Part shown: positions 38,356 through 49,051 of the stretch, in pieces
Numbering within the stretch: the first letter of the stretch is position 1
How the letters are laid out: every line of letters starts with the position of its first letter
From: Candidatus Magasanikiibacteriota bacterium
Lineage (GTDB): Bacteria > Patescibacteriota > Patescibacteriia > Magasanikbacterales > UBA922
Assembly (NCBI GenBank): GCA_016207245.1
Contig: JACQQA010000005.1
Coordinates: 68 to 64,067 of the forward strand
Reading direction: 5' to 3'
Length of the DNA: 64,000 nucleotides
Position numbers and translations under genes: made by a program
The notes under the pieces: model-generated
Databases searched by the model: none
Told to the model about the DNA's origin: nothing
The model's input: only the letters and a program-made list of their open reading frames with translations

Positions 38356-39156
38356 ATGCCCAGTAGAGAAGGCGGATTTTTTCACGATGCAGTGAATAAA
38401 CCAAATGGGATTGAGCAGCCAAAAGACAATTATCCGGATTTACACCCAAGACGCTCACCAGATGTGCTGGATGAAACGCTAAAATCAGAAAGCTTAGAAG
38501 TAAGACCGGTGAGTGAATATAAAGGCCGTGGCTTGTTTGCTCGCAAACCATTTAAAACCGGAGATTTGGTTTTTACTTTTGATGGTCGGAAAGAATTATT
38601 AGAAGGTGATCAAGATAATTTTTTTTCGATTTATGATGGCAGGTTTGTCGATGGAATCGTAGTTGGCGAAGAAAGTCAAAATTTTTTTGCGGCGGCGTTT
38701 AGTCATCCGGCAGCAGATAAATTTATTTGGGCCGTACCGGACGAAAACAGTCCGCTTCGTTGGGTTAATCATTCTTGCGAGCCAAATATCGCCAGGCACA
38801 TGAATGATGTTTTTACTTTTTTTGCCACTCGAAAAATTCCAAAAGGGAGTCAATTGACGGCTGATTATTCTTTGCTGGAATGCAACCCAAACTATGGGAT
38901 GAGGTGTTCGTGCGGTTCACAGAATTGCCGTCATAAAATTGAAGGCATTCCAGCTCTGCCGGCAGAATACATCGCCCGTCATTGGCAAAATCTTCCGCCG
39001 TTCATGCGGTGGCTGGTAGTTAACAAAGGTCAAGACGCTCGGATACGAAAGCTTTTTGACGAAAAGGGCGGGGACTATTTGTTTGATAATTTTTCCAGAT
39101 TGTTTTTGCCGAAAGGGACAGTGCCAAAAGGTCGCCAACTAAAAACTGAGGTTTAA
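38356..39156 (+). CDS. SET-domain protein (putative protein lysine methyltransferase)
   Basis: 266 aa. RGLFARKPFKTGDLV, NHSCEPN, QLTADY and a post-SET Cys cluster CSCGSQNCR. Starts 8 nt after the queA stop. Confidence 0.75.
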   Translation: MPSREGGFFHDAVNKPNGIEQPKDNYPDLHPRRSPDVLDETLKSESLEVRPVSEYKGRGLFARKPFKTGDLVFTFDGRKELLEGDQDNFFSIYDGRFVDGIVVGEESQNFFAAAFSHPAADKFIWAVPDENSPLRWVNHSCEPNIARHMNDVFTFFATRKIPKGSQLTADYSLLECNPNYGMRCSCGSQNCRHKIEGIPALPAEYIARHWQNLPPFMRWLVVNKGQDARIRKLFDEKGGDYLFDNFSRLFLPKGTVPKGRQLKTEV

Positions 39157-39830
39157 ACCCCAGTTTTTAGTTTTAAAGGGTTGAAGTCTGTATCTCTGTC
39201 ATAATAATCCACTTCTTCTTTCTTTTTCAACCAACCGACAACGCGATATGTGACTGGCAGGAGAATTATTTCCACCAGAATTTTGAAAATATAATTTGAT
39301 ACCCAGATAATCCAAATTAAATTCCACGGCAGGACGCCGGCGAAGGCGATGAGGAGAAAGACAGTGGTGTCAAAAAATTGGCCGACGACAGTTGAGCCAA
39401 TCGCTCGCAGCCAAAGAAATTTTCCCTGTGTTTTTATTTTTATCTTCGCCAACACATAACTGTTCAAAAATTCTCCGATTAAATACGCGCACAAACTTCC
39501 CAGCACGATTCTTGGCACCACGCCAAGGATTGATTCAAACGCGGCTTGATTACCCCAGTCCAGCGTCGGCGGGAGTTTTTGCACCACCCAGAAAGTAATC
39601 ACCATCAGCAAATTCATCGCGAAGCCGATCCAGATGACGCGCCGGGCGCGGGCGTAGCCATACACTTCGGTCAAGATATCGCCGAAGATGTAGGCGAGAG
39701 GAAATAAAATCGTCCCGCCGTCAAAACTGAACCAGCCGAGCGATAATATTTTTGTGCTGGCGATGTTTGATAAAATTAGCACAACAGCGAAAGCAGTGGT
39801 GATGAGATCGAGGTGTTTGTAGGGCTTCAT
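39153..39830 (-). CDS. yhhQ: queuosine precursor transporter (YhhQ/DUF165, VUT family)
   Basis: 225 aa, polytopic. FDGGTILFPLAYIFGDILTEVYGYARARRVIW. Confidence 0.85.
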   Translation of the reverse strand: MKPYKHLDLITTAFAVVLILSNIASTKILSLGWFSFDGGTILFPLAYIFGDILTEVYGYARARRVIWIGFAMNLLMVITFWVVQKLPPTLDWGNQAAFESILGVVPRIVLGSLCAYLIGEFLNSYVLAKIKIKTQGKFLWLRAIGSTVVGQFFDTTVFLLIAFAGVLPWNLIWIIWVSNYIFKILVEIILLPVTYRVVGWLKKKEEVDYYDRDTDFNPLKLKTGV

Positions 39831-39896
39831 ATTGCTAGATTGTTTAATTGTTATATTGCTAAATTGTTATGCGGATTATAGCATAATTTGTCCGGG

Positions 39897-39925
39897 TTGA
39901 CAAACAGGGTAAAATGTGGTATAAT
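39897..39925 (+). promoter_or_regulatory. perfect consensus sigma70 promoter (TTGACA-17-TATAAT)
   Basis: TTGACA at 39897-39902, a 17-nt spacer, TATAAT at 39920-39925. Confidence 0.75.
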
Positions 39926-39955
39926 ATATTCATTAATACAGCTAAAATCAAAAAT

Positions 39956-40378
39956 ATGGACAGATTTCATAATGAATGGGGGGAAGCAAAAAATTTTAGA
40001 AGCAGAAAACATGGGGAATCGGATTATGTGCCGGTGGAGGAGATACCGGACGAAGGTAATGACCCGGAAAGTTTGTTAATCGCGCGAGAAGAAAACACGG
40101 ATAAGTTGCTTGAAGAGAGCGGGGGATTAATTGGTAAAAAAGTTGCAGACATAGGAGATGAAAAGAGTGAGACGGAAGAAGGTGGGGGCGGGGGTTATGA
40201 TTTGGAGGAAACCGCCCAATCCAGCAAGCCAGGCGTTGGTTTGCGGAAAGCCGCGGCATTAGAGGGCTTGGAGGGCGGAGTTAAAAAACGCAGAAAAGCA
40301 GATTCAGAAAGAAGAGGTAAGGGCGCAAAATTGAATAAACCGGCGAGAGACAGGAGAGAACTTCAAAAAGCGGCTTAG
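39956..40378 (+). CDS. hypothetical, predicted-disordered acidic/basic protein
   Basis: The ORF listed from 39914 begins upstream of the predicted transcription start, so the ATG at 39956 is preferred. Low-complexity E/G/K-rich sequence. Confidence 0.4.
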   Translation: MDRFHNEWGEAKNFRSRKHGESDYVPVEEIPDEGNDPESLLIAREENTDKLLEESGGLIGKKVADIGDEKSETEEGGGGGYDLEETAQSSKPGVGLRKAAALEGLEGGVKKRRKADSERRGKGAKLNKPARDRRELQKAA

Positions 40379-40401
40379 TTTTATTTTTTAAAATTATTTA
40401 T

Positions 40402-40791
40402 ATGCCAGGAGATATTATTGAGGGTGGTGGAGGAGAAAAAATAAAAAAAGGAGAAGAAGCGAGGGAAGCTTATCTTGCCGCTATTAAAAAATATAATTGC
40501 CCCATTAGTAGCGAAAAGGATTATAAAGTAGAAAATGCTTTTGGGGAGCTCATGGCGCTGTTAGAAGGAAAGAACTCTTTGCTGTTGCAAGATTTATTTT
40601 ATAATAAGAATGACTTTTCAAGCGATAAAGATTGGGAGGTTGGGTTGCTGAAACAAGTAATTTATGATTTACAGCAAGCGTTGGGCAAAGTAGAGAAAAA
40701 AGTAGAAGATTCATCCGTTCGCTCTGTTTTTAGTGAGCGAGTAGAGGCAGTGAAGGATATTATTAAAGCGTTGGAAATGTTGTGTGAGTAA
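40402..40791 (+). CDS. hypothetical protein
   Basis: 129-aa ORF co-oriented with the previous ORF. No recognised domain. Confidence 0.4.
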   Translation: MPGDIIEGGGGEKIKKGEEAREAYLAAIKKYNCPISSEKDYKVENAFGELMALLEGKNSLLLQDLFYNKNDFSSDKDWEVGLLKQVIYDLQQALGKVEKKVEDSSVRSVFSERVEAVKDIIKALEMLCE

Positions 40792-40838
40792 TTGTTAAAA
40801 AATTAATCTCGGCTTAGGTCGGGATTTTTTGTCGTCAA

Positions 40839-42092
<1,254 letters not shown>

Positions 42093-42199
42093 TTACCAGA
42101 ATACAGATAACAGAATACATTTGTGGGTGTTTTTTAGTTGTCGTCAGCTCGTTGCATTTTGTTATCCGAATTCTATATTCGGTTGGAGTGTATCAGTCT

Positions 42200-42228
42200 T
42201 TGACTAAAAAATCAAGATGTCATAATAT
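42200..42228 (+). promoter_or_regulatory. sigma70 promoter (TTGACT-17-TAATAT), near-leaderless
   Basis: TTGACT at 42200-42205 and TAATAT at 42223-42228. The ATG at 42237 is 8 nt after the -10. Confidence 0.6.
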
Positions 42229-42236
42229 ATGTTTAT

Positions 42237-42998
42237 ATGAGAAGATATTGGCTGATAAATTTGACCTGTGTTATTTTGAGCGCGGGTTTTTTGTTTGGGA
42301 CGGCGCGGGTGTGGAGGGGGGAGAGCGAAGTAAATTATGAAGCGGAGTTGGGGGTGATGAAGAATGAAGTTGAAAATGTAAAAATCAAAATGGAAAATAA
42401 AGACGATGCCGTTTTACCATTGCAGTATCTTTTACCTGTCCCTTTCACTTCCCAAGCGCCGGAGAAAAATTGGGATCAGCCATGGCAAGACGCGTGCGAG
42501 GAAGCGGCGGTTCTAATGTTGGACGCGTACCATAAAGGATATGGCTTAAGTCCGTTGTTCGCGAAAGATGAAATTTTAAAGATGATTGACGCAGAAGAAA
42601 AGTTGGGATGGGGCACAAGTATTGAAATAGAAAAAGTGAAGGGGTTGGTTGAGCGGTTTGTTTCACTTGATCACTCCATCACACCATCACCACATCACGC
42701 GCGAATTGTTGAGAATCCGACGGTGGAAGATATTAAAAAATTTATTGCTAACGGACAACCGGTGCTGGTTGTGGCAGACGGAAAAGTCTTGCCGAATTCG
42801 CATTTTAGAAACGGCGGGCCGGTGTATCACGCGCTGATTATCCGCGGTTACACAGGAACCGAATTCATCACCAACGACCCCGGAACGCAGTTCGGCAGGG
42901 GATTTAAATATAAGTATGAAGATTTATTAAACGCCGTTCATGATTGGAACGGCGGGGATGTGAAAAACGGAAAGCGCGTGGTGCTAGTTGTTGAGTGA
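42237..42998 (+). CDS. peptidase C39-like domain protein (PF13529-like)
   Basis: 253 aa. N-terminal TM helix. VPFTSQAPEKNWDQPWQDACEEAAVLM with the candidate catalytic Cys, and a later His in YHALIIRGY. An atcac-word insert lies at 42669-42698. Confidence 0.65.
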   Translation: MRRYWLINLTCVILSAGFLFGTARVWRGESEVNYEAELGVMKNEVENVKIKMENKDDAVLPLQYLLPVPFTSQAPEKNWDQPWQDACEEAAVLMLDAYHKGYGLSPLFAKDEILKMIDAEEKLGWGTSIEIEKVKGLVERFVSLDHSITPSPHHARIVENPTVEDIKKFIANGQPVLVVADGKVLPNSHFRNGGPVYHALIIRGYTGTEFITNDPGTQFGRGFKYKYEDLLNAVHDWNGGDVKNGKRVVLVVE

Positions 42999-43616
42999 AT
43001 TTCGTTTGTGTCTGATATATTCTATTACGGCCGGAATGATTGAGATAAAAATTATTAGGAGAACTATCGCGGTTAGATTATCTTTTACAAATTGGATGTT
43101 GCCGAAATAATATCCGGAAAAAACAAAAATCGCAATCCAGGATATTCCGCCGATAACGTTGTAGCTTAAAAAAGTGAAGTAGTCCATTTTTCCGATGCCG
43201 GCAACGAACGGAGCAAAGGTTCTGACAATGGGAACAAACCGCGCCAGCACAATGGTTTTTTTGCCATAGCGGTTAAAAAATGATTTTGTTTTTTCTATAT
43301 GCGCCGGGTTGATAAATCTCGCGAATACTTTTTCGCCAAAATACCTTCCGAGCCAGTAGTTGACAGTATCGCCGATAATCGCCGCCGCGGAGAGAAGCAG
43401 AAAAAGAATAAAAGGATTAAGCGAGCCAGCGGCAGCGAGAGTTCCGGCGATAAAAATCAAAGAATCTCCGGGGAGAAATGGCATGACTACTAGTCCGGTT
43501 TCCACGAAAATAATTAAAAACAAAAATAGATAGACGAGATTGCCGTAGGTTGCGATGAGAGATGTTAGATAAACGTCGAAGTGAAGGATAAAGTCAAGAG
43601 TTGTCTTGAGAAGCAT
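42984..43616 (-). CDS. DedA family (VTT domain) membrane protein
   Basis: 210 aa. PFLPGDSLIF.., RFVPIVRTFAPFVAGI. Confidence 0.8.
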   Translation of the reverse strand: MLLKTTLDFILHFDVYLTSLIATYGNLVYLFLFLIIFVETGLVVMPFLPGDSLIFIAGTLAAAGSLNPFILFLLLSAAAIIGDTVNYWLGRYFGEKVFARFINPAHIEKTKSFFNRYGKKTIVLARFVPIVRTFAPFVAGIGKMDYFTFLSYNVIGGISWIAIFVFSGYYFGNIQFVKDNLTAIVLLIIFISIIPAVIEYIRHKRNSLNN

Positions 43617-43633
43617 AGTTTTGTTTGGTCAAA

Positions 43634-43682
43634 GGGATTCCTCGACTCCTCCGCCAGCGGGCGGACTCGCTCGGAATGACAA
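43634..43682. repeat. intergenic copy of the gggatYcctcg...gctcggRatgaca element
   Basis: gggattcctcgactcctccgccagcgggcggactcgctcggaatgacaa. Confidence 0.75.
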
Positions 43683-43726
43683 CGATGTCGAAAAATATGA
43701 TATAATCCTACCACAAAGAGTCAATT

Positions 43727-45793
43727 ATGCCAAATTACGAGGCGGAATTAAATCAAGAACAATTAAACGCGGTGCGGAACGCTGACGGGCCGTGTTTGGT
43801 TTTGGCCGGCGCCGGCAGCGGCAAGACGCGGACGATCACTTACCGCGCGGCATATTTGTTGGAGCGGGGTATTAGTCCTGAAAATATTTTGTTAGTTACT
43901 TTTACCAATAAAGCGGCGAGAGAGATGATTGAGAGGGTGCAGATAAAATTGCCATGGTCCGGGACGTTTCATCATATCGCCTACAGAGTATTAAAGAAAT
44001 ATTGTTCGTTCTTGGGATATAAAAGCAATTTTTCGGTTTTGGATAGTGATGACAGCGCAAATTTAATTAAGCAGTGTTTAAAAGACGAAGGTGTTGATCG
44101 GACACTGCGGCGTTTTCCGTCCCCCACGGTTTTGCAGTCAATCATCAGCTACGCGCGAAATTCGCAAACATCTATTGACGACGCGCTGGATCTAAAACAT
44201 CCGCATTTCGCGCCGCTCGCGGACACGATCAAAAGCATCGCGGGGAATTATGCCAAAAGAAAATTAGCCGCGAATGCGATGGATTTTGATGATTTGCTGG
44301 TTAATTGGCTGAAATTACTGGAACAATCAGAAAAGATTAGGCAAAAACACCAAGAACAATTCCAATATATTTTGGTTGATGAATATCAGGACACTAATAA
44401 AATTCAAGCGTCAATCATCCGTTTGATCGCCGCGAAGCACCACAACTTGTTTGTTGTCGGCGACGACGCGCAGAGCATCTACAGTTTTCGCGCGGCCGAG
44501 ATTAAAAATATTTTGGATTTTGAGAAAGAATATCCCCGCCTCTCCGGCGGGCAGGCCGGCGCGAAGATTTTTCGTTTGGAAACCAACTATCGTTCCACAC
44601 CGGAGATTTTGAGTTTGGCAAATGACATAATTTCCAATAACATTAATCAATATCAAAAAGAATTGAAGAGTGTGCAAGAAAAATTTGTTCGTCCGGAAGT
44701 CCATTCATTTGACACCAACGAAGAAGAAGCGGTTGCTATCGCCGTCCGAGTGGAAGAATTGTTGGGCGAGGGAGTGGAACCGAAAGACATCGCGGTTTTA
44801 TTCCGCGCCGCGCATCATTCGCAAGCGCTGGAAATGGAACTGATGAAGCGCGGCATCGCTTATGATTACCGCGGCGGCGCGCGGTTTTTTGAACGCGCGC
44901 ACGTCAAAGATGTTCTGGCCTATTTGCGGATATTGAATAATCAAACAGATGAGATCGCTTGGCGACGGGTTTTAAATATGCAAGTGGGGATTGGAGAGAT
45001 GGTGGCTGGACGGATTATTGCGGAGGTGGCAACTCACCCCCCAACCCCCTCTCTTGACAAGAGAGAGGGGGGCGATGGCGGGGGTGAGTTTGGCGTGGTT
45101 GGGTTGCCGGCGAAGGCGCAGGCGGGGTGGAATGATTTTTTGCAGATTTTTCGGCCTTTGCAAAACGCGGCCGGCGCGGAAATTGGGGATTTAATTAGGA
45201 TTATCATGGAAGGCAAGTATGCCGAATATTTGGAAAATGAATATCCGGATTATCGGGAGCGGTTGCAGGATCTGGAGCAGTTGGCGAAATTCGCGGACAA
45301 TGCCGAGGATTTGGATCAATTTTTGGCCGAATCCAGTTTGCAGGAGGGATTTCGGGGGATCGCCGCCGTAGAGACGCACAGCAGTGCGTCTCTACGGCGC
45401 GGCGAAAAAATTATTTTATCCACCATTCACCAAGCCAAAGGTTTAGAGTGGCAGGCGGTATTTATTATCAATGTTTCCGACGGGCAATTTCCCAATGACC
45501 GCGCGATGCGTGAGGATAATGGAATAGAAGAAGAGCGCCGGTTGTTTTATGTGGCGGTAACGCGCGCGAAAAAACATCTGCAAATCAGTTATTTATTATC
45601 AGGAAATTTCGGCGGTTCAATCGGCGGTCCGAGTTTGTTTGTCAATGAAATCAATAAAAATTTAGTTGACGCGGATTTGCGCGGAGCGGTGTTTAACAAT
45701 GATAAAACAGAAGAAATTATTTATATTGACGAAGAAAAACCAAAACGGCAGTTTCGTCCGGGGAGTTTTTTGCGGGGAGTTGATGAGTTGTAG
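43727..45793 (+). CDS. UvrD/PcrA/Rep family ATP-dependent DNA helicase
   Basis: 688 aa. Motif I AGAGSGKT, VDEYQDTN, VGDDAQSIYSFRAA, TNYRS, TIHQAKGLEW and YVAVTRAK. Contains a 60-nt palindromic in-frame insert. Confidence 0.9.
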   Translation: MPNYEAELNQEQLNAVRNADGPCLVLAGAGSGKTRTITYRAAYLLERGISPENILLVTFTNKAAREMIERVQIKLPWSGTFHHIAYRVLKKYCSFLGYKSNFSVLDSDDSANLIKQCLKDEGVDRTLRRFPSPTVLQSIISYARNSQTSIDDALDLKHPHFAPLADTIKSIAGNYAKRKLAANAMDFDDLLVNWLKLLEQSEKIRQKHQEQFQYILVDEYQDTNKIQASIIRLIAAKHHNLFVVGDDAQSIYSFRAAEIKNILDFEKEYPRLSGGQAGAKIFRLETNYRSTPEILSLANDIISNNINQYQKELKSVQEKFVRPEVHSFDTNEEEAVAIAVRVEELLGEGVEPKDIAVLFRAAHHSQALEMELMKRGIAYDYRGGARFFERAHVKDVLAYLRILNNQTDEIAWRRVLNMQVGIGEMVAGRIIAEVATHPPTPSLDKREGGDGGGEFGVVGLPAKAQAGWNDFLQIFRPLQNAAGAEIGDLIRIIMEGKYAEYLENEYPDYRERLQDLEQLAKFADNAEDLDQFLAESSLQEGFRGIAAVETHSSASLRRGEKIILSTIHQAKGLEWQAVFIINVSDGQFPNDRAMREDNGIEEERRLFYVAVTRAKKHLQISYLLSGNFGGSIGGPSLFVNEINKNLVDADLRGAVFNNDKTEEIIYIDEEKPKRQFRPGSFLRGVDEL

Positions 45794-45872
45794 GATACAC
45801 AACTTTGACTTTATTTTGCAGATAGGATAAACTCTCAGTAGAGTAGACTTTATTCAAAATTTTAAATAGACT

Positions 45873-46595
45873 ATGTTGGATAGTTTACTTTTAAATAAAA
45901 AATCCATAGAGAGTATCTATGAAAGCATTTGTGAGTACCACAAAAAATACCTGTCGCAATTTGGGGTAAAGCTGCCCAAACTGCACGCTTCAAAAAGAAA
46001 GTTTACAAAAGACGCATTAGTTCTGGTTTATTTAGCTTATGATTATCCTAAGACCAGGAAAGTAAGCAAGGAAGAGCTTACTAAATTTGTCAGAAGCTAT
46101 TACCCGAACACTAACGACGTACAACAAGCGCGACATTTGGGCGCGCAAGCCGGTTGGTGGATAGTCGCTGGCGGACGAGATAATATCGTTTTAAAAATTG
46201 AAAGAGGCTCATATCAACTTTACACCTTAGAACAACCATATCCTGGTTTCAAGCAAGGACACAGAATCTTCGAAACTGATGATTGGGGAAAAATTAAAGA
46301 AATATACAACTTTCGTTGCGCCACCTGCGGTTCGCAGGAAAATAAACCGCATTTTCACTGGCCTGCGACTAAAACTAAATTACAAAAAGCGCACATGGAC
46401 CCGAACAAACCATTAGTTGGGGGTAATATTATTCCTCAATGTCAAAAATGCAATAGAGCCGATAGAAATAGATGGGTTTATGACAAAAAAGGCAGAGTAA
46501 TAAAATTGGCTGACGCGAATTTTGTCAAAAATTTTGATAAAAATGTCAGAGAGAAAATGTATCGGATATTATATAGAGAATTTCATGAAAAATAA
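45873..46595 (+). CDS. putative type II restriction endonuclease (HNH/zinc-ribbon-like C-terminus)
   Basis: 240 aa, AT-rich. CATCGS...H...N...CQKCN pattern. Overlaps the start of the adjacent DNA methyltransferase by 11 nt. Confidence 0.5.
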   Translation: MLDSLLLNKKSIESIYESICEYHKKYLSQFGVKLPKLHASKRKFTKDALVLVYLAYDYPKTRKVSKEELTKFVRSYYPNTNDVQQARHLGAQAGWWIVAGGRDNIVLKIERGSYQLYTLEQPYPGFKQGHRIFETDDWGKIKEIYNFRCATCGSQENKPHFHWPATKTKLQKAHMDPNKPLVGGNIIPQCQKCNRADRNRWVYDKKGRVIKLADANFVKNFDKNVREKMYRILYREFHEK

Positions 46596-47592
46596 TAAAT
46601 TTATAAACAAAATAATCTGCTCCGACACTCTAGAATTACTTCCTAAAATTGAAAGCGGTTCAGTTGATGTCGTCTTGACTGACCCCCCATATTTTTTAGA
46701 TAAGCTGGATGATAACTGGGACCATGAGAAGGTATCAAACCGAAACAACCAGTACACAATTAAGTCTCTTCCCGCCGGAATGAAATTTGACAGAGCACAG
46801 GGTAAAAAATTTTATGCTTGGTATTTAAAAATTTCCGAAGAAATTTTTAGAATTTTAAAGCCCGGTGGTTTTTTCTTTTCGTTTTCCAGCCCCAGATTAT
46901 ATCACAGAATGGCTTCTGCGATAGATGATGCTGGTTTTGAAATTCGTGATGCTTTTATGTGGCTTTATACTCAAAATCAAGCTAAGGCAATGGGAGTCGA
47001 TCACTTTATTAAAAAAATGAAAATAGATGAAAAAGCTAAAGAAAAAATAAAAGAAAAACTGAATGGTTGGAAAACCCCACAAATTAAATCCTGCTTTGAA
47101 CCTATCGCTATGGCCCAGAAACCGACCGATCATACATATCTCAACAATGTGCTTGAGCACGAAGTCGGCTTGTTAAATACCCATGTTAGAATCGGTAATA
47201 ACATGTATCCAGCGAATGTATTTGCAGTGGATAGCATAAATGAGCTAATAGATAAAACTTTTCTTTTGCCAAAACCAACCAAAAGAGAAAAGGGTGAATA
47301 TAATGATCATAAAACCGTCAAACCCTTGGCAGTATGCGAATATCTAATTAGATTATCCGCTTTTGCTGAAAATGCGGTGGTGTTGGATCCTTTTGTTGGC
47401 AGTGGAACAACGGCGGTGGCGGCTAAGAAATTGGGAAAGAACTATATCGGCATTGACGCGAATGAAAAATACGTAAAAATTTCTGAACGAAGGTTAAAGG
47501 AGCTTGATGAGAAACCAGATTTATTCGTAGATATTGTTGGCTCGCAAAAGTATGCACAGAGGAATTTACAAGTACAATTACAAATTGCTTAA
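46585..47592 (+). CDS. DNA methyltransferase, beta-class N4-cytosine/N6-adenine type
   Basis: DPPY catalytic motif (VVLTDPPYFL) precedes the AdoMet motif FVGSGTTAVAAKKLGKNYIGID. ATG at 46585. Confidence 0.85.
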   Translation: MKNNKFINKIICSDTLELLPKIESGSVDVVLTDPPYFLDKLDDNWDHEKVSNRNNQYTIKSLPAGMKFDRAQGKKFYAWYLKISEEIFRILKPGGFFFSFSSPRLYHRMASAIDDAGFEIRDAFMWLYTQNQAKAMGVDHFIKKMKIDEKAKEKIKEKLNGWKTPQIKSCFEPIAMAQKPTDHTYLNNVLEHEVGLLNTHVRIGNNMYPANVFAVDSINELIDKTFLLPKPTKREKGEYNDHKTVKPLAVCEYLIRLSAFAENAVVLDPFVGSGTTAVAAKKLGKNYIGIDANEKYVKISERRLKELDEKPDLFVDIVGSQKYAQRNLQVQLQIA

Positions 47593-47675
47593 ATCAAGAA
47601 AATGATATTTTAATTTCCCGTTGACAATTTTTAACAGCCATTGACAACACCGAACCATTCTGGTACCATATATGC

Positions 47676-47749
47676 AGTGATGTATAGGGAAGGAAGTGTT
47701 CAAGACCTAAGGAAGACCTCAATCGCGAGATGGAGGTCTTTCTTTTTTT
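47676..47749 (+). ncRNA. candidate small RNA 1 (unknown class)
   Basis: TTGACA (47641-47646)-17-TACCAT upstream. The unit ends in an 8-bp hairpin AAGACCUC/GGAGGUCUU (47713-47740) plus a U-run. It could alternatively encode a 44-aa ORF. Confidence 0.3.
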
Positions 47750-47764
47750 GTCCGCATTTGCTAT

Positions 47765-47860
47765 ATTATCTCCGTAGCGGCAGAGGGCCTTTACATCACC
47801 AATGGTATTGAGGCTTCCTCCTCGCTGCTACATTAAGGAACCCAGAGATGGGTTTTTTTA
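47765..47860 (+). ncRNA. candidate small RNA 2 (unknown class)
   Basis: Long imperfect hairpin GUAGCGGCAGAGG.../...CCUCCUCGCUGCUAC (47774-47831), followed by the terminator AACCCA-GAGA-UGGGUU plus a U-run (47839-47860). Confidence 0.3.
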
Positions 47861-47871
47861 TTGCGATCATC

Positions 47872-47900
47872 TTGATAGTTTGGCGGATTGGTGTTATACT
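47872..47900 (+). promoter_or_regulatory. sigma70 promoter (TTGATA-17-TATACT) of yidC
   Basis: TTGATA at 47872-47877, a 17-nt spacer, TATACT at 47895-47900. Confidence 0.65.
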
Positions 47901-47923
47901 TCGGCTATTCTTATTTATTACTT

Positions 47924-48643
47924 ATGCGCGAGTTGTTTCAGACGGTCTTAACCCAGCCGATGTTTAACGCTTTTGTCGGGTTGTATAATTTGATTCCGGA
48001 CGTCGGCGTGGTGATTTTGATTATCACGGTTTTAATTAAAGTCGCCTTGTACCCGCTGACGGCGTCATCAATCAAATCGCAAAAAGCTTTGACGGATCTT
48101 CAGCCGAAATTGGACACGATTAAAAAAGAGCATAAAGGCGACCAGCAGAGATTGGCGCAAGAGACGATGAAGCTGTACAAAGAAAACAAAGTCAATCCGA
48201 TGGCGTCTTGTTTGCCGCTGTTGATTCAATTGCCGATTTTAATCGCGCTATACTATGTTTTGCGCTCCGGGTTAACCGGCAATAATTTTGACACGCTTTA
48301 TTCGTTCGTTAAAAATCCGGGTCAAATCAACACGGTTTCTTTGGGTCTGGTTGATTTAAAAAACGCGAATATTATCCTTGCGGTTTTGGCCGGCGCGTCG
48401 CAGTTTTGGCAGACTAAAATGATGATGCGCAAAAAAGCGCCGAAAGAAGCCGGCGAAGGCGCGAAGGACGAGAATATGATGAGCATGATGAACAAGCAGA
48501 TGCTGTATTTTATGCCGGTGATGACGGTGTTTATCGGTTTGAAACTGCCCGGCGGGCTGACGCTCTATTGGCTGTTGTCAACGGTGTTGACCGTGGCGCA
48601 GCAGGCGATTGTGTTTAAAAATAAATTAACAATTAACAATTAA
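47924..48643 (+). CDS. yidC: membrane protein insertase YidC (short, Oxa1-like form)
   Basis: ATG at 47924. LYPLTASSIKSQKAL..LQPK, MKLYKENKVNPMASCLPLLIQLPILIALY, and GGLTLYWLLS. Confidence 0.9.
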   Translation: MRELFQTVLTQPMFNAFVGLYNLIPDVGVVILIITVLIKVALYPLTASSIKSQKALTDLQPKLDTIKKEHKGDQQRLAQETMKLYKENKVNPMASCLPLLIQLPILIALYYVLRSGLTGNNFDTLYSFVKNPGQINTVSLGLVDLKNANIILAVLAGASQFWQTKMMMRKKAPKEAGEGAKDENMMSMMNKQMLYFMPVMTVFIGLKLPGGLTLYWLLSTVLTVAQQAIVFKNKLTINN

Positions 48644-48692
48644 CGGCGGATTCCACGAGTTGTTAGTTGTTCTTTGTTAATTGCTAATTTTT

Positions 48693-48992
48693 ATGCGAAT
48701 AACTTTGAAACAGCTCAAAAAACTTCCGGTTGTCACTAAAAGCGGCCAGCTGTTGGGTCGGGTTCGCGATGTAGTTTTTGATATTGACGGCCAGTTTGTC
48801 GCGCAGTATGAAGTTGCCGCGTCGCTGTTAAGCGGAAAAAAATATTTAATCAGTCGCGATCAGGTGTTGAGCGTCAGCGCGGAGAAAATAGTGGTGGATG
48901 ATGATGTAATGAGAGTCAGTAACAAAATAGACATTGGGAGTAAAATAAAAATTGGCAAGGTTGAAGCAGGGGGGGCGGTGATGAGAGAATAA
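48693..48992 (+). CDS. PRC-barrel domain protein
   Basis: LKKLPVVTKSGQLLGRVRDVVFDIDGQFVAQYEV. ATG at 48693. Confidence 0.6.
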   Translation: MRITLKQLKKLPVVTKSGQLLGRVRDVVFDIDGQFVAQYEVAASLLSGKKYLISRDQVLSVSAEKIVVDDDVMRVSNKIDIGSKIKIGKVEAGGAVMRE

Positions 48993-49051
48993 AATTTAAT
49001 AAATTTTAAAGGTCGAGATGTTCTTAATTAAATTTAATTTAAATAAAAAAT

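Noticed and set aside
47676-47749. SRP (4.5S) RNA, suggested by the GGAAGGAAG string
   Set aside because: The string is not presented as a GGAA tetraloop closed by CC/GG, and the conserved AGCA/GGCAG internal-loop partners are absent.
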